Below the pieces are notes generated by a model. It was not told the DNA's origin and did not search any database. It saw nothing but the letters and a program-made list of their open reading frames with translations. Shown here piece after piece: positions 27,727 through 36,035 of a stretch of 64,000 nucleotides of DNA. Source of the stretch: Bacteroidota bacterium. GTDB taxonomy: Bacteria; Bacteroidota; Ignavibacteria; Palsa-1295. A program made the position numbers and the translations under genes. Position 1 is the stretch's first letter, and each line of letters begins with the position of its first letter. The DNA is taken from contig JAJPIO010000009.1 in assembly GCA_021324735.1 (NCBI GenBank), positions 450,510 through 514,509 on the forward strand. Reading direction: 5' to 3'.

Positions 27727-27939
27727 CTATCTCCCGTTATTTGCTGCTAAAGGATTGGAATAGCTGAAGGAGCGTAGGTCAGCGCGGGAGGATGCGTGTT
27801 CCATCGTAATGGAGATAAGATTTCCCTGATGGTCGTACTCCGCAAGGGTGTTCTCATCAAGATCGCGCGTGCTTTCAGCATCCGCTGATGCGAATTCTAC
27901 AAGCAACGTGTCGGTGTCTTGAAAGTATGTGACTTTCAT
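27727..27939 (-). CDS. DUF2283-family protein (putative antitoxin of the DUF4258/DUF2283 pair)
   Basis: 70 aa. MKVTYFQDTDTLLVEFASADAESTRDLDENTLAEYDHQGNLISITMEHAS is the canonical DUF2283 pattern (MKITYD.E.D.LYI.L). Confidence 0.7.
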   Translation of the reverse strand: MKVTYFQDTDTLLVEFASADAESTRDLDENTLAEYDHQGNLISITMEHASSRADLRSFSYSNPLAANNGR

Positions 27940-27958
27940 CGCTTAGAGGAGATATGGG

Positions 27959-28201
27959 TCAATCTGGCTTGCGGAATGACCGATCGAAAAAGGCATTATG
28001 TACGGTCTCTCCATCAGGCAGGATAACAACCCTAAGCCATTTATTGTTTGCCTCGGAAATCCTGGCCCATCGTCGAATTCGGCCGTCCGATTGAATGGTT
28101 TCCCATTCTGGATTCATCATAACTCGCTGAATCCATTCAACTTCGATCCAATCGCGATCGGGAGCCGCATGTCGGTACTTGAAATATTCAGTGAATTTCA
28201 C
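27959..28201 (-). CDS. DUF4258-family protein (putative RelE/ParE-fold toxin)
   Basis: 80 aa. ...ETIQSDGRIRRWARISEANNKWLRVVILPDGETVHNAFFDRSF matches the DUF4258 C-terminal HNAFFDR motif. It lies immediately upstream of the DUF2283 gene on the same strand with a 19-bp gap. Confidence 0.7.
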   Translation of the reverse strand: MKFTEYFKYRHAAPDRDWIEVEWIQRVMMNPEWETIQSDGRIRRWARISEANNKWLRVVILPDGETVHNAFFDRSFRKPD

Positions 28202-28217
28202 GATGCCTTCCTAATTG

Positions 28218-28380
28218 TAGCCGTGACATTTATGTCACGGCGAGTTGACGGATGCGTACCATGTTGTTGAAACCATGTTCATGGCGGTCGGTGCGTTTCG
28301 CCGTGACCTAAAGGTCACGGCTACGAAATCACGTGGTATGTTTCGCCGTAACCTAAAGGTTACGGCTACGAAATCACGCT
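28218..28380. repeat. Cluster 2 of REP-like self-complementary 22-bp hairpin repeats (three copies)
   Basis: GCCGTGACATTTATGTCACGGC is at 28220-28241, GCCGTGACCTAAAGGTCACGGC at 28300-28321 and GCCGTAACCTAAAGGTTACGGC at 28345-28366. The inter-hairpin sequence is about 85 % identical to cluster 1, in the same orientation. Clusters 1 and 2 bracket the TA pair. Confidence 0.8.
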
Positions 28381-29245
28381 ACCTAAGGGCTGATTCGAGT
28401 GCAGTCCGAGCGTCCGTCTTTTCGTCGCGATATTTAATAATGATCGGGGAGTAGAGGGAGAGTCCCTGCTCTCGGGCGAACTCCGATTTCTTTCCTACGA
28501 AGCGAGAGCCAGCTACTATAACCGCACCCTCGGGGACAATCAATGGCTCATTCTCATTTGCTCGAGAAATTACTTTGCCGTTCACCAGATCGTAGATCGG
28601 CGTCGAGCCGGTAAGGACCACACCGGATGCCAATACTGCTCGCTTCTTAATAACACATCCCTCGTAAACTCCGGTATTGCCGCCGAGCAGTACATCATCT
28701 TCGATAATGACCGGCAGCGCACCCGCTGGTTCGAGAACGCCACCGATCTGTGCAGCGGCGCTGATATGAACGCGTTCACCTACCTGTGCACAGCTTCCCA
28801 CGAGCGCATGGGAATCGATAAGGGTACCGGAGCCAACATACGAGCCGATGTTTACGTAGGAGGGCGGCATCATGATGACACCCGCCGCCAGATGGGCTCC
28901 ATCGCGTACAGTGCTTCCGCCCGGCACGATGCGAACGTTATCCTCAACGAAAAAGCCATGTAAGGGCACCGTGTCTTTATCGAAGAAATGCCATCCTTGC
29001 GGAGCTTTCAGTTCTTCGAGCCGGCCAAGTCTGAATCCCAGCAGAATACCTTGCTTGATCCACGCATTTACTCGCCAGCCGCTCGTAGCAGAGGAGTCCG
29101 GTTCAGCGGATCGGATCTCCGCCTTATTCAGTGCCAGTCGTAGGCGAAGGACTGCACTTACTGCAGAATCGCGGTGCAAATTGATCTCTTCCGTCGTGAG
29201 CGGAAACAGCTTTTCAATAGTTTGGCGGAGTTCGTCGAGGTTCAT
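28379..29245 (-). CDS. dapD: 2,3,4,5-tetrahydropyridine-2,6-dicarboxylate N-succinyltransferase
   Basis: The start is at MNLDELRQTIEKLF (ATG 29245); the 40-aa ORF-track extension is rejected because it spans a terminator. Left-handed beta-helix hexapeptide repeats (GSYVGSGTLIDSHALVGSCAQVGERVHISAAAQIGGVLEP...) and the N-terminal helical domain match the DapD pattern. Confidence 0.85.
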   Translation of the reverse strand: MNLDELRQTIEKLFPLTTEEINLHRDSAVSAVLRLRLALNKAEIRSAEPDSSATSGWRVNAWIKQGILLGFRLGRLEELKAPQGWHFFDKDTVPLHGFFVEDNVRIVPGGSTVRDGAHLAAGVIMMPPSYVNIGSYVGSGTLIDSHALVGSCAQVGERVHISAAAQIGGVLEPAGALPVIIEDDVLLGGNTGVYEGCVIKKRAVLASGVVLTGSTPIYDLVNGKVISRANENEPLIVPEGAVIVAGSRFVGKKSEFAREQGLSLYSPIIIKYRDEKTDARTALESALR

Positions 29246-29246
29246 A

Positions 29247-29280
29247 AAAAAGAAGCCCCTCTTCCAAACGGAAGAGGGGT
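29247..29280 (-). terminator. Rho-independent terminator downstream of the 29301 lipoprotein gene
   Basis: CCCCTCTTCC-AAAC-GGAAGAGGGG is a perfect 10-bp stem. On the minus strand it is followed by CTTCTTTTTT. Confidence 0.7.
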
Positions 29281-29300
29281 GTAAATTACGATGACAATTA

Positions 29301-30344
29301 TTACTTAACTCGGAAGCTCTGAACCGATTTTTCGAGCGCCGGTCGGAACGCACCTTCCAGCTCATTCGGCCAGGACACGGTAATGCGATAGACCTTCTGG
29401 CCGGACATCACGAAGTAGGCACGCGCGGTCGCGCCGGCCGATCCGTAGCTGATCACTTTTGCCGGTTGGCCGCCCAATGTTGCACTTTGTGCTGTCGCGC
29501 CGTGATACGTTTTCTTGGCGTTCTCGTCCACATATTTGTTTAGGTCGATGCCTTTATCAACCGTATTAGCATCCACGCGGACCATAGCATCGGCGCGTTC
29601 GCCTTTTATCTCGACGCCGCCACCCATCGGCGATGCGTGGAAATTATCGGGATATTGAATGCTAAAACCGCTGCCGTTGAAGGTGGAGAACGTCTGCGAC
29701 GGCTTCATCTGCTCGATCATAGCATTGAGCGAAGCGCTGTCGATCTTGCCGTTTGTTACTTTAAGTACGAACGCCGGCTGCACTGATTTTTCCGCCGCAT
29801 CGAAGATCTGCGCGTACTTCTTCATGCGGTTCTGGCCAAAGGTAGCTGCATCGAAGTAGGTAACGAGCGAGTCCTTATCGGCAAAGATTCTGTAGCCTGT
29901 CAACCCGTCTTCATCGCCCTGGATCGAGTAGCTGATCTTAATGGCCGGCAATCCGCCCAGCGTAGTATTTTCCGGATTGGAAAACGTTACGTTATCCATG
30001 CTCTGCTTGAAGTCATTCGCGACTTTCTCTTTGGTCGAATGCTCCATCGCACCGACGCCGATGCGAGCGCCGTAATCACCTTCGGTAAATTTCTGAAAAC
30101 GGGTTTCAGTCGATGGGGTCGAGTAATAAAAGGTATGTTCACCCGGTACCGACTCGGCTGCCCACGCCTTCGGAGCTTTGAAGCTGAAGCGATAGACAAG
30201 GTCCTTATACGTTACCATTTCGCCGGGCTGGACGGGCGACATATCTTCTTCCTTCTTACCGCAGCCGGCAATTATAGCGATGAGAGCGAGGGATACCAGT
30301 GAGGTAGTAACCCATGACTTCATTCGAAATTCGTGCGTCTTCAT
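29301..30344 (-). CDS. Lipoprotein of unknown function, downstream partner of the MCE/MlaD-like gene
   Basis: The signal peptide and lipobox are LVSLALIAIIAGCGKK. It is a 347-aa soluble domain with no recognised family. It lies 2 bp downstream of the MlaD-like gene. Confidence 0.5.
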   Translation of the reverse strand: MKTHEFRMKSWVTTSLVSLALIAIIAGCGKKEEDMSPVQPGEMVTYKDLVYRFSFKAPKAWAAESVPGEHTFYYSTPSTETRFQKFTEGDYGARIGVGAMEHSTKEKVANDFKQSMDNVTFSNPENTTLGGLPAIKISYSIQGDEDGLTGYRIFADKDSLVTYFDAATFGQNRMKKYAQIFDAAEKSVQPAFVLKVTNGKIDSASLNAMIEQMKPSQTFSTFNGSGFSIQYPDNFHASPMGGGVEIKGERADAMVRVDANTVDKGIDLNKYVDENAKKTYHGATAQSATLGGQPAKVISYGSAGATARAYFVMSGQKVYRITVSWPNELEGAFRPALEKSVQSFRVK

Positions 30345-30346
30345 TC

Positions 30347-31294
30347 TTATTTTACAGGTTTTGAACTATTGAAAAATCGGATGTTCGCATCGATGCCCTG
30401 AAGGCGAATTTGCTCGCTCAGTTTGCCAAGCGATGTTAGCGCGCTATCGAGCCGCATCGCGAAGCTGGTATCGCGGGTGAGGCGGTACATGAATGTGTTC
30501 TCCCGCCCGGCGTTTATAAGTAGGCTGTCTAATCGGCCCAGCGAACGACGAGCATCGGCGATAGCCCGCGAGCCGGAATCCACAAACACTCGAAGCCCCG
30601 GTCTGTTCTCCGCAATGATCGAAGAAAGTTGACGCATCGTGGAGTCCGCCTGAGAAAGCGCTCGTGAGAGCGTTGGCCCATTCTGGGTAAGCAACGCATT
30701 GACCCGTCCTGCGGTACCATCCAGGCGCAGAAGAGCGCCATCGGCAACGTCCAACGTGTGGTTCAACTTGGTCTTAAATCCATCCCCTTCGAGGACGCTG
30801 TTTAAAGACGTAAATAAAGTATCGGTCTTACCGGTGATCGATGCCAGTGTGCCGGAAAGGGATGTCACCATTCCCACGAGCGTACTAATGTCGCCATTAT
30901 TGTTGCCAGGGATCATGGTCCCCGTAGGTAGCGGTTCTGAAGCACTGCCGGGGGTTAACTCAACTTTCTTTCCGCCCATGAGCTCGAGCATGGAAATGGA
31001 GGCGGAAGCATCCCGACGAAGATCGACGTGTTTCGAGAACCCCATCGTTACGACGACGCTCGATTGACGAAGCTCAATACCTTCGACGGTCCCTAATTTA
31101 ACGCCGTTCACCGTCACCGGATCGCCTTTTTCCAGACCGCCCGCACTTAGGAATACCGCTTTATGGGTTTCAGCCTCGCCCCCAAAGCCCCATCCTTTAG
31201 CCCACCCGATACCGATCAGCAGGAGAGTAATGCCGGCAAGTACGGTGAGCCCAACCTTAAAATCTGTTCGTTCCTCTTTAGTCACTGAGTGCAA
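30347..31294 (-). CDS. MCE-domain protein (MlaD-like lipid-transport component)
   Basis: An N-terminal TM helix (VGLTVLAGITLLLIGIGWA) precedes an MCE domain (HKAVFLSAGGLEKGDPVTVNGVKLGTVEGIEL...SVVVTM). A long helical C-terminal region follows. Confidence 0.75.
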   Translation of the reverse strand: MHSVTKEERTDFKVGLTVLAGITLLLIGIGWAKGWGFGGEAETHKAVFLSAGGLEKGDPVTVNGVKLGTVEGIELRQSSVVVTMGFSKHVDLRRDASASISMLELMGGKKVELTPGSASEPLPTGTMIPGNNNGDISTLVGMVTSLSGTLASITGKTDTLFTSLNSVLEGDGFKTKLNHTLDVADGALLRLDGTAGRVNALLTQNGPTLSRALSQADSTMRQLSSIIAENRPGLRVFVDSGSRAIADARRSLGRLDSLLINAGRENTFMYRLTRDTSFAMRLDSALTSLGKLSEQIRLQGIDANIRFFNSSKPVK

Positions 31295-34200
31295 AGTTAC
31301 GGACTTTCAGGCAAACTAAAGTTGATACGATATGATTTTTACGAGGTTCAGCATATTTCCGAAGAGATAATAAGCCAGTATTACGTGCCGTCAGCCCCAG
31401 CTCGAAATAAACCGAAGACCAGCGATACAGCGAAAAATTCGCCATCTTTAGCCGCACCTCAACCCAACGGAGCGTCTCCGGGATCGAATTTGCCATCCCA
31501 GAAGCGTCCCATTTCGGTCCGTGGTGCTCGTCTGCATAATCTGAAAAATATTTCACTCGATCTTGCTCGAAATAAATTTCACGTCTTTACCGGGGTAAGC
31601 GGTTCTGGCAAGTCATCGATGGCCTTCGACACGCTCTATGCAGAAGGGCAGCGTAGGTACGTAGAGAGCCTTTCGGTTTATGCTCGGCAGTTCCTGGAAA
31701 GAATGCCGAAGCCGGAAGTGGACTCGATAACCGGTATCAGCCCGGCCGTAGCCATCGAGCAGAAGACACTCACTCGAAATCCGCGTTCGACCGTCGGGAC
31801 GACGACCGAGATATACGATTATCTCCGGTTGCTCTTTGCGAGAGTGGGTCACACCTATTGCGTGCGGTGCGGTCGGCTCGTTCGAAAGGATACTCCACAA
31901 ACCGTACTTCAAGCGATTGCTGAGCGTGCAAAGGAAAGCCAGAAATTCTACATTCTTTTCCCGATGCATCGCCACGAGAAGCGGACGATGGACGAGGAAT
32001 GGAATAACCTGCGCTCCCAAGGATTTTCGCGACTCGTAATGGCTGGCGAGGAGCGTATACTCGATCTTTCGGAAGAGAACCCGAAGCAACTGGAATCTTC
32101 AAACGTGAGGATCCTCGTTGACCGCCTCATCTGGAAATCGAATGATGAAGCGCTTCAATCGCGTATTGCTGATTCCATCGAGGCGGCTTTCAACGAAGGC
32201 GCCGGACGAGCAATCATTGCTTACTTAGATGGCAACGGCGAGACGGCGGAAGAATTGTTCTCAGAGCATTTCGAGTGTGCAACCGACGGCCTGCCTTATG
32301 AAGAGCCCGAACCGAGATTATTCTCCTTCAACAATCCGTTCGGCGCGTGCCCCGAATGCCAGGGGTTTGGCCGCGCGATGGGTATCGATCCCGATCTCGT
32401 AATTCCCGATCCGAGCCGCTCGATCCGCACCGGCGCGATCGTCTGCTGGAATGGACCGAAGTTCAGCGAGTATTGGCGAGAGTTGATACTTATTGCCAGG
32501 AAGGCCGACGTTAACGTCGATCTTTCATACTCTTCGCTTACCGAGCGGGAAAGGAAGATCGTTTGGGAAGGCTTTGAAGGATTTAAAGGCATCGATGGCT
32601 TCTTCGAAGAATTGGAGAAGAAGACCTACAAGCTACATTACCGTGTGATGCTCTCGCGATTCCGTGGCTACACGACGTGCCCGAAGTGTCATGGTTCTCG
32701 TCTCCGTCCTGCGGCATTGAATGTTCGTGTTGCCGGCAAGACGCTGCACGACGTCGTTTGCATGACGATCGCGGAAGCTCGCAATTTCTTCGAGTCCCTT
32801 TCGCTGACGGAGTATGAAATGACGGTCGCGGCTCGCATCATCGATGAACTTCGAAAGCGTACCCGATATCTGGATGAAGTTGGACTGAGCTATTTAACAC
32901 TCGATCGGCTTTCGAATACATTATCAGGAGGCGAATCCCAGCGAATCAACCTCGCCACTTCACTCGGTAGTGCGCTTACCGGGGCACTCTATGTGCTGGA
33001 CGAGCCGAGCATCGGACTTCATCCGCGCGATACCGACAAGCTTCTTAGAATTCTGAAGAGCGTTCGTGACTTAGGAAATACGGTCGTGGTGGTGGAGCAT
33101 GATGAAGAAGTGATACGCTCGGCCGATGAATTAGTTGATTTTGGTCCGCTGGCTGGTGAACTGGGTGGAGAGCTAATGTATCAGGGACCACCGGCAGAAC
33201 TGGAAAAGATTCGAAACGGGAGATCGATCACCGGTAAATATTTGCAGGGTGAGCGCGCTATTCCAATACCAGCGAAGCGGCGTCGAGTCGATCTTAGCTA
33301 TGCCATCGCGGTAAAAGGTGCAACGGCTAATAATCTTAAGTCGATCGATGTGAGATTCCCGTTAGAGTCGTTTGTAGCGGTCACCGGTGTATCCGGCTCG
33401 GGCAAATCGACGCTGGTACACTCGATCCTGTACTCCGGACTAAAAAAATTACGCGGCGAGAGTGTAGGTCCGGTAGGATCGTATCGCGAATTAAAGGGAG
33501 AGGACCTCGTCAATCACATCGAGCTTGTGGACCAATCGCCGATCGGCCGCACACCGCGTTCGAACCCAGCAACGTACGTAAAGGTCTTCGATCAGATCCG
33601 CGAAGCATTTAGCCGAACCGTGTATGCAAAGCAGCGCGGCTGGGCGCCGGGCTACTTTTCCTTTAATATTCCCGGAGGCCGCTGCGAAACCTGCCAGGGC
33701 GAAGGATATGTAACGGTCGAGATGCAATTCCTTGCTGATATGTATCTCGAATGCGATACGTGCGGCGGAAAGCGCTATAAGCAAGAAGTGCTCGATGCGA
33801 CGCTTAACGGCAAGAATATCGTCGACGTGCTCAGCATGACGGTTAGCGAAGCACTATCATTCTTCTCCGAGCACGACCGTATAAAAGCGAGATTACAGGT
33901 ACTGGATGATGTCGGCTTAGGCTATATTCGATTAGGCCAGCCCGCAACCACCCTCTCAGGCGGCGAAGCGCAACGTGTAAAGCTTGCATCACATCTCGCC
34001 GATCAGACCGAAGAGCGCACGCTCTTTATCTTCGATGAACCAACGACCGGACTTCATTTCGATGACATCGCTAAGCTGTTAAAGGCACTAAATGCGTTGG
34101 TCGATCGCGGGCACTCTGTCATTGCGATCGAGCATAATCTCGATGTGATCAAAGCGGCCGATTGGGTGATCGACCTCGGGCCGGAAGCGGGCGATGGTGG

Positions 34201-34312
34201 AGGTGAATTAGTCGGGGAAGGGACACCCGAAGCGCTTACCAAGATCGAACGCAGCTATACGGGCCACTATTTACGTCCTGTTCTCGAACGCGCAAAACGA
34301 TTAGCATCGTGA
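31289..34312 (+). CDS. UvrA paralog (second excinuclease ABC subunit A-like ABC ATPase)
   Basis: ISVRGARLHNLKNISLD...[34 protein letters not shown], the second Walker [24 protein letters not shown] and [12 protein letters not shown] are all present. The first CxxC of the middle zinc finger is replaced (FECATDG...CPECQGFG). The ATG at 31289 overlaps the divergent mlaD start, so the real start is probably internal (GTG 31385 or TTG near 31490). Confidence 0.85.
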   Translation: MQSYGLSGKLKLIRYDFYEVQHISEEIISQYYVPSAPARNKPKTSDTAKNSPSLAAPQPNGASPGSNLPSQKRPISVRGARLHNLKNISLDLARNKFHVFTGVSGSGKSSMAFDTLYAEGQRRYVESLSVYARQFLERMPKPEVDSITGISPAVAIEQKTLTRNPRSTVGTTTEIYDYLRLLFARVGHTYCVRCGRLVRKDTPQTVLQAIAERAKESQKFYILFPMHRHEKRTMDEEWNNLRSQGFSRLVMAGEERILDLSEENPKQLESSNVRILVDRLIWKSNDEALQSRIADSIEAAFNEGAGRAIIAYLDGNGETAEELFSEHFECATDGLPYEEPEPRLFSFNNPFGACPECQGFGRAMGIDPDLVIPDPSRSIRTGAIVCWNGPKFSEYWRELILIARKADVNVDLSYSSLTERERKIVWEGFEGFKGIDGFFEELEKKTYKLHYRVMLSRFRGYTTCPKCHGSRLRPAALNVRVAGKTLHDVVCMTIAEARNFFESLSLTEYEMTVAARIIDELRKRTRYLDEVGLSYLTLDRLSNTLSGGESQRINLATSLGSALTGALYVLDEPSIGLHPRDTDKLLRILKSVRDLGNTVVVVEHDEEVIRSADELVDFGPLAGELGGELMYQGPPAELEKIRNGRSITGKYLQGERAIPIPAKRRRVDLSYAIAVKGATANNLKSIDVRFPLESFVAVTGVSGSGKSTLVHSILYSGLKKLRGESVGPVGSYRELKGEDLVNHIELVDQSPIGRTPRSNPATYVKVFDQIREAFSRTVYAKQRGWAPGYFSFNIPGGRCETCQGEGYVTVEMQFLADMYLECDTCGGKRYKQEVLDATLNGKNIVDVLSMTVSEALSFFSEHDRIKARLQVLDDVGLGYIRLGQPATTLSGGEAQRVKLASHLADQTEERTLFIFDEPTTGLHFDDIAKLLKALNALVDRGHSVIAIEHNLDVIKAADWVIDLGPEAGDGGGELVGEGTPEALTKIERSYTGHYLRPVLERAKRLAS

Positions 34313-35460
34313 CGAAAGAGCACACTATTATGCTGATCGCCGGCGAAGCTTCCGGCGACCGTATCGCCGCGCGTGCTGTTCGAGCGGCTAAAGAATTAGC
34401 GATCGAAAGAAACGAACCGATTTCCTTTTTTGGAATTGGTGGCGATGAGTGTGTTGCTGAAGGCGCGAAATGCTTCTATAGCGTCCGCGAAATGTCGGTG
34501 GTCGGCTTTGTCGAAGTGGCGCGTCGCTTCAGCTTCTTTAAGCGTGTCTTTCGCGAAATGACCGCGCTGTTGGATTCGCGTAAGCCCAGTGCGCTTCTTC
34601 TGGTCGATTATCCGGGGTTCAATATTCGCCTCGCCAGGGAAGCGAAGAAGCGCGGTATTCGGGTCGTTTATTATGTAAGCCCGCAGGTATGGGCATGGCA
34701 TGCTTCGCGCATTCACGATTTAAAAGAAGTTGTGGATGAAATGCTCGTGATCTTTCCATTCGAGGAAAAGCTCTATCGTGATGCCGGAATGAAGAACGTT
34801 CACTTCGTTGGCCATCCGCTCGTGGAACGGATCGACGAGGAAAAGACGAGGTATCAGGACCGTACTAATTTTGCCCTACAGCATAGCCTTGATGCGAGCA
34901 AAGAATGGCTGTTAGTATTCTCCGGTAGCCGTACCGAAGAGGTGAGGCGGCTATTACCGGTAATGTCGGAAACTGCCCATGCATTTGCCGAGAAGCATAC
35001 TATGCAGGCAATTCTGGTTGAATCGGGCTCGATCGATCGATCACATTACGACGAATATCTTCGAGCGCCACTTACACGAATTCGCGATGCTGCGGCAACA
35101 CACGAACTCATGTGGCACGCAAAGCTCGGGATCCTCAAAAGCGGTACAACGACACTCGAAGCAGCACTGCTCGGATTGCCAGGAGTTATCTGCTACCGAA
35201 CGCACCCCGTTTCCTTCGCGATAGGAAAGCGGCTTGTGAAACTGCCATACATTGGTTTGGCGAATATTGTGATCGGCCACAAGCAATACCCTGAATTATT
35301 GCAAGGCGATGTTACTCAGGAAAAGATCACTTCTGAGCTTGAGAGTATTTTAACGAATTACCCAGCGTTCAAGCAGTCTCTGGAAGGGCTTGCTACTACC
35401 CTGCGTTCATCCGGGGATGGGCCTTCACGAAAGGTTGCGGAGGTGCTATTAGCCTCATGA
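34309..35460 (+). CDS. lpxB: Lipid-A-disaccharide synthase
   Basis: IMLIAGEASGDRIAARAV... and FFGIGGDECVAEGAK... are LpxB N-terminal motifs. Length is 383 aa. It has a 4-bp overlap with the upstream uvrA paralog. Confidence 0.9.
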   Translation: MTKEHTIMLIAGEASGDRIAARAVRAAKELAIERNEPISFFGIGGDECVAEGAKCFYSVREMSVVGFVEVARRFSFFKRVFREMTALLDSRKPSALLLVDYPGFNIRLAREAKKRGIRVVYYVSPQVWAWHASRIHDLKEVVDEMLVIFPFEEKLYRDAGMKNVHFVGHPLVERIDEEKTRYQDRTNFALQHSLDASKEWLLVFSGSRTEEVRRLLPVMSETAHAFAEKHTMQAILVESGSIDRSHYDEYLRAPLTRIRDAAATHELMWHAKLGILKSGTTTLEAALLGLPGVICYRTHPVSFAIGKRLVKLPYIGLANIVIGHKQYPELLQGDVTQEKITSELESILTNYPAFKQSLEGLATTLRSSGDGPSRKVAEVLLAS

Positions 35461-36035
35461 TCGAACGATTGCTTCCGTTCTTCGCCACCTTGCTTGCCGG
35501 GACGCTTCGTTTTCGGTGGCAGGGGGATGCACTGCCTGCTAATGCGATCCTTATGTTTTGGCATGGAAAGATGTTTGGAGGTTGGTACTCCGTAAGAAGG
35601 AGACATCCTGTTGCCCTGGTAAGTAAAAGCAAGGATGGTCGTTTTTTATCTGCTGTACTTGCACGATGGGGCTATAAGTTAGCGAGAGGGTCGAGCGGAA
35701 AAAAAGGAATGGAGGCCCTCGAAGAAGCGATGGCACTGATACGATCGGGTAATGCTGATTCGTTAGTCATTACTCCCGATGGTCCTCGCGGTCCACGTCA
35801 TTCGTTCAAGCGAGGCGCGTTTATCGCTGCCTGCGAGCTTGACCTGCCGCTCTATATGCTCTCCATAACGTATGGCTCGTTCAAAGAGCTAAAAAGCTGG
35901 GACCGCTTTGAAGTGCCGATGCCATTTAGCCGAGTAACAATTCAAGTTACGAAAGTTGACATTAGTGCGCTCCCGGCCGAACCAGAACTTCAGCGGTCGT
36001 GGCTTGACGCGCTTTCCTCCCAGTTCGATACCTGA
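35457..36035 (+). CDS. DUF374 / lysophospholipid-acyltransferase-like protein, conserved between lpxB and lpxK
   Basis: 192 aa. ...MFWHGKMFGGWY...ITPDGPRGPRHSFKRGAFIAA matches DUF374, which is often encoded in Kdo/lipid A clusters. It has 4-bp and 1-bp overlaps with its neighbours. Confidence 0.7.
   Translation: MIERLLPFFATLLAGTLRFRWQGDALPANAILMFWHGKMFGGWYSVRRRHPVALVSKSKDGRFLSAVLARWGYKLARGSSGKKGMEALEEAMALIRSGNADSLVITPDGPRGPRHSFKRGAFIAACELDLPLYMLSITYGSFKELKSWDRFEVPMPFSRVTIQVTKVDISALPAEPELQRSWLDALSSQFDT

Noticed and set aside
27497-27767. ORFs MTFRSRR... on both strands (27497..27691 minus, 27555..27767 plus), and similar ORFs at 27998..28454.
   Set aside because: They are artefacts of translating palindromic repeat DNA. 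The same peptide appears on both strands, which is exactly what a palindrome produces.
27549-28380. Possible CRISPR array. The repeats are regularly sized at 22 bp and carry intervening unique sequence.
   Set aside because: Each repeat is a self-complementary hairpin with a variable loop. Spacing is irregular, with spacers of 20 to 57 nt. The 'spacers' are themselves conserved between the two clusters. A TA pair, not an array, lies between them, and no cas genes are present. A REP/MITE-like element is the better explanation.
29246-29365. A 40-aa N-terminal extension of dapD (MSWKVRSDRRSKNRF...).
   Set aside because: It runs through a perfect 10-bp-stem terminator and has no DapD homology. 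The conserved DapD N-terminus begins at MNLDELRQ.
31289-31384. ATG 31289 as the true start of the UvrA paralog.
   Set aside because: It would overlap the start of the divergently transcribed MCE gene, leaving no promoter space, and it adds about 70 non-conserved residues. An internal GTG or TTG start is more plausible, though unresolved.
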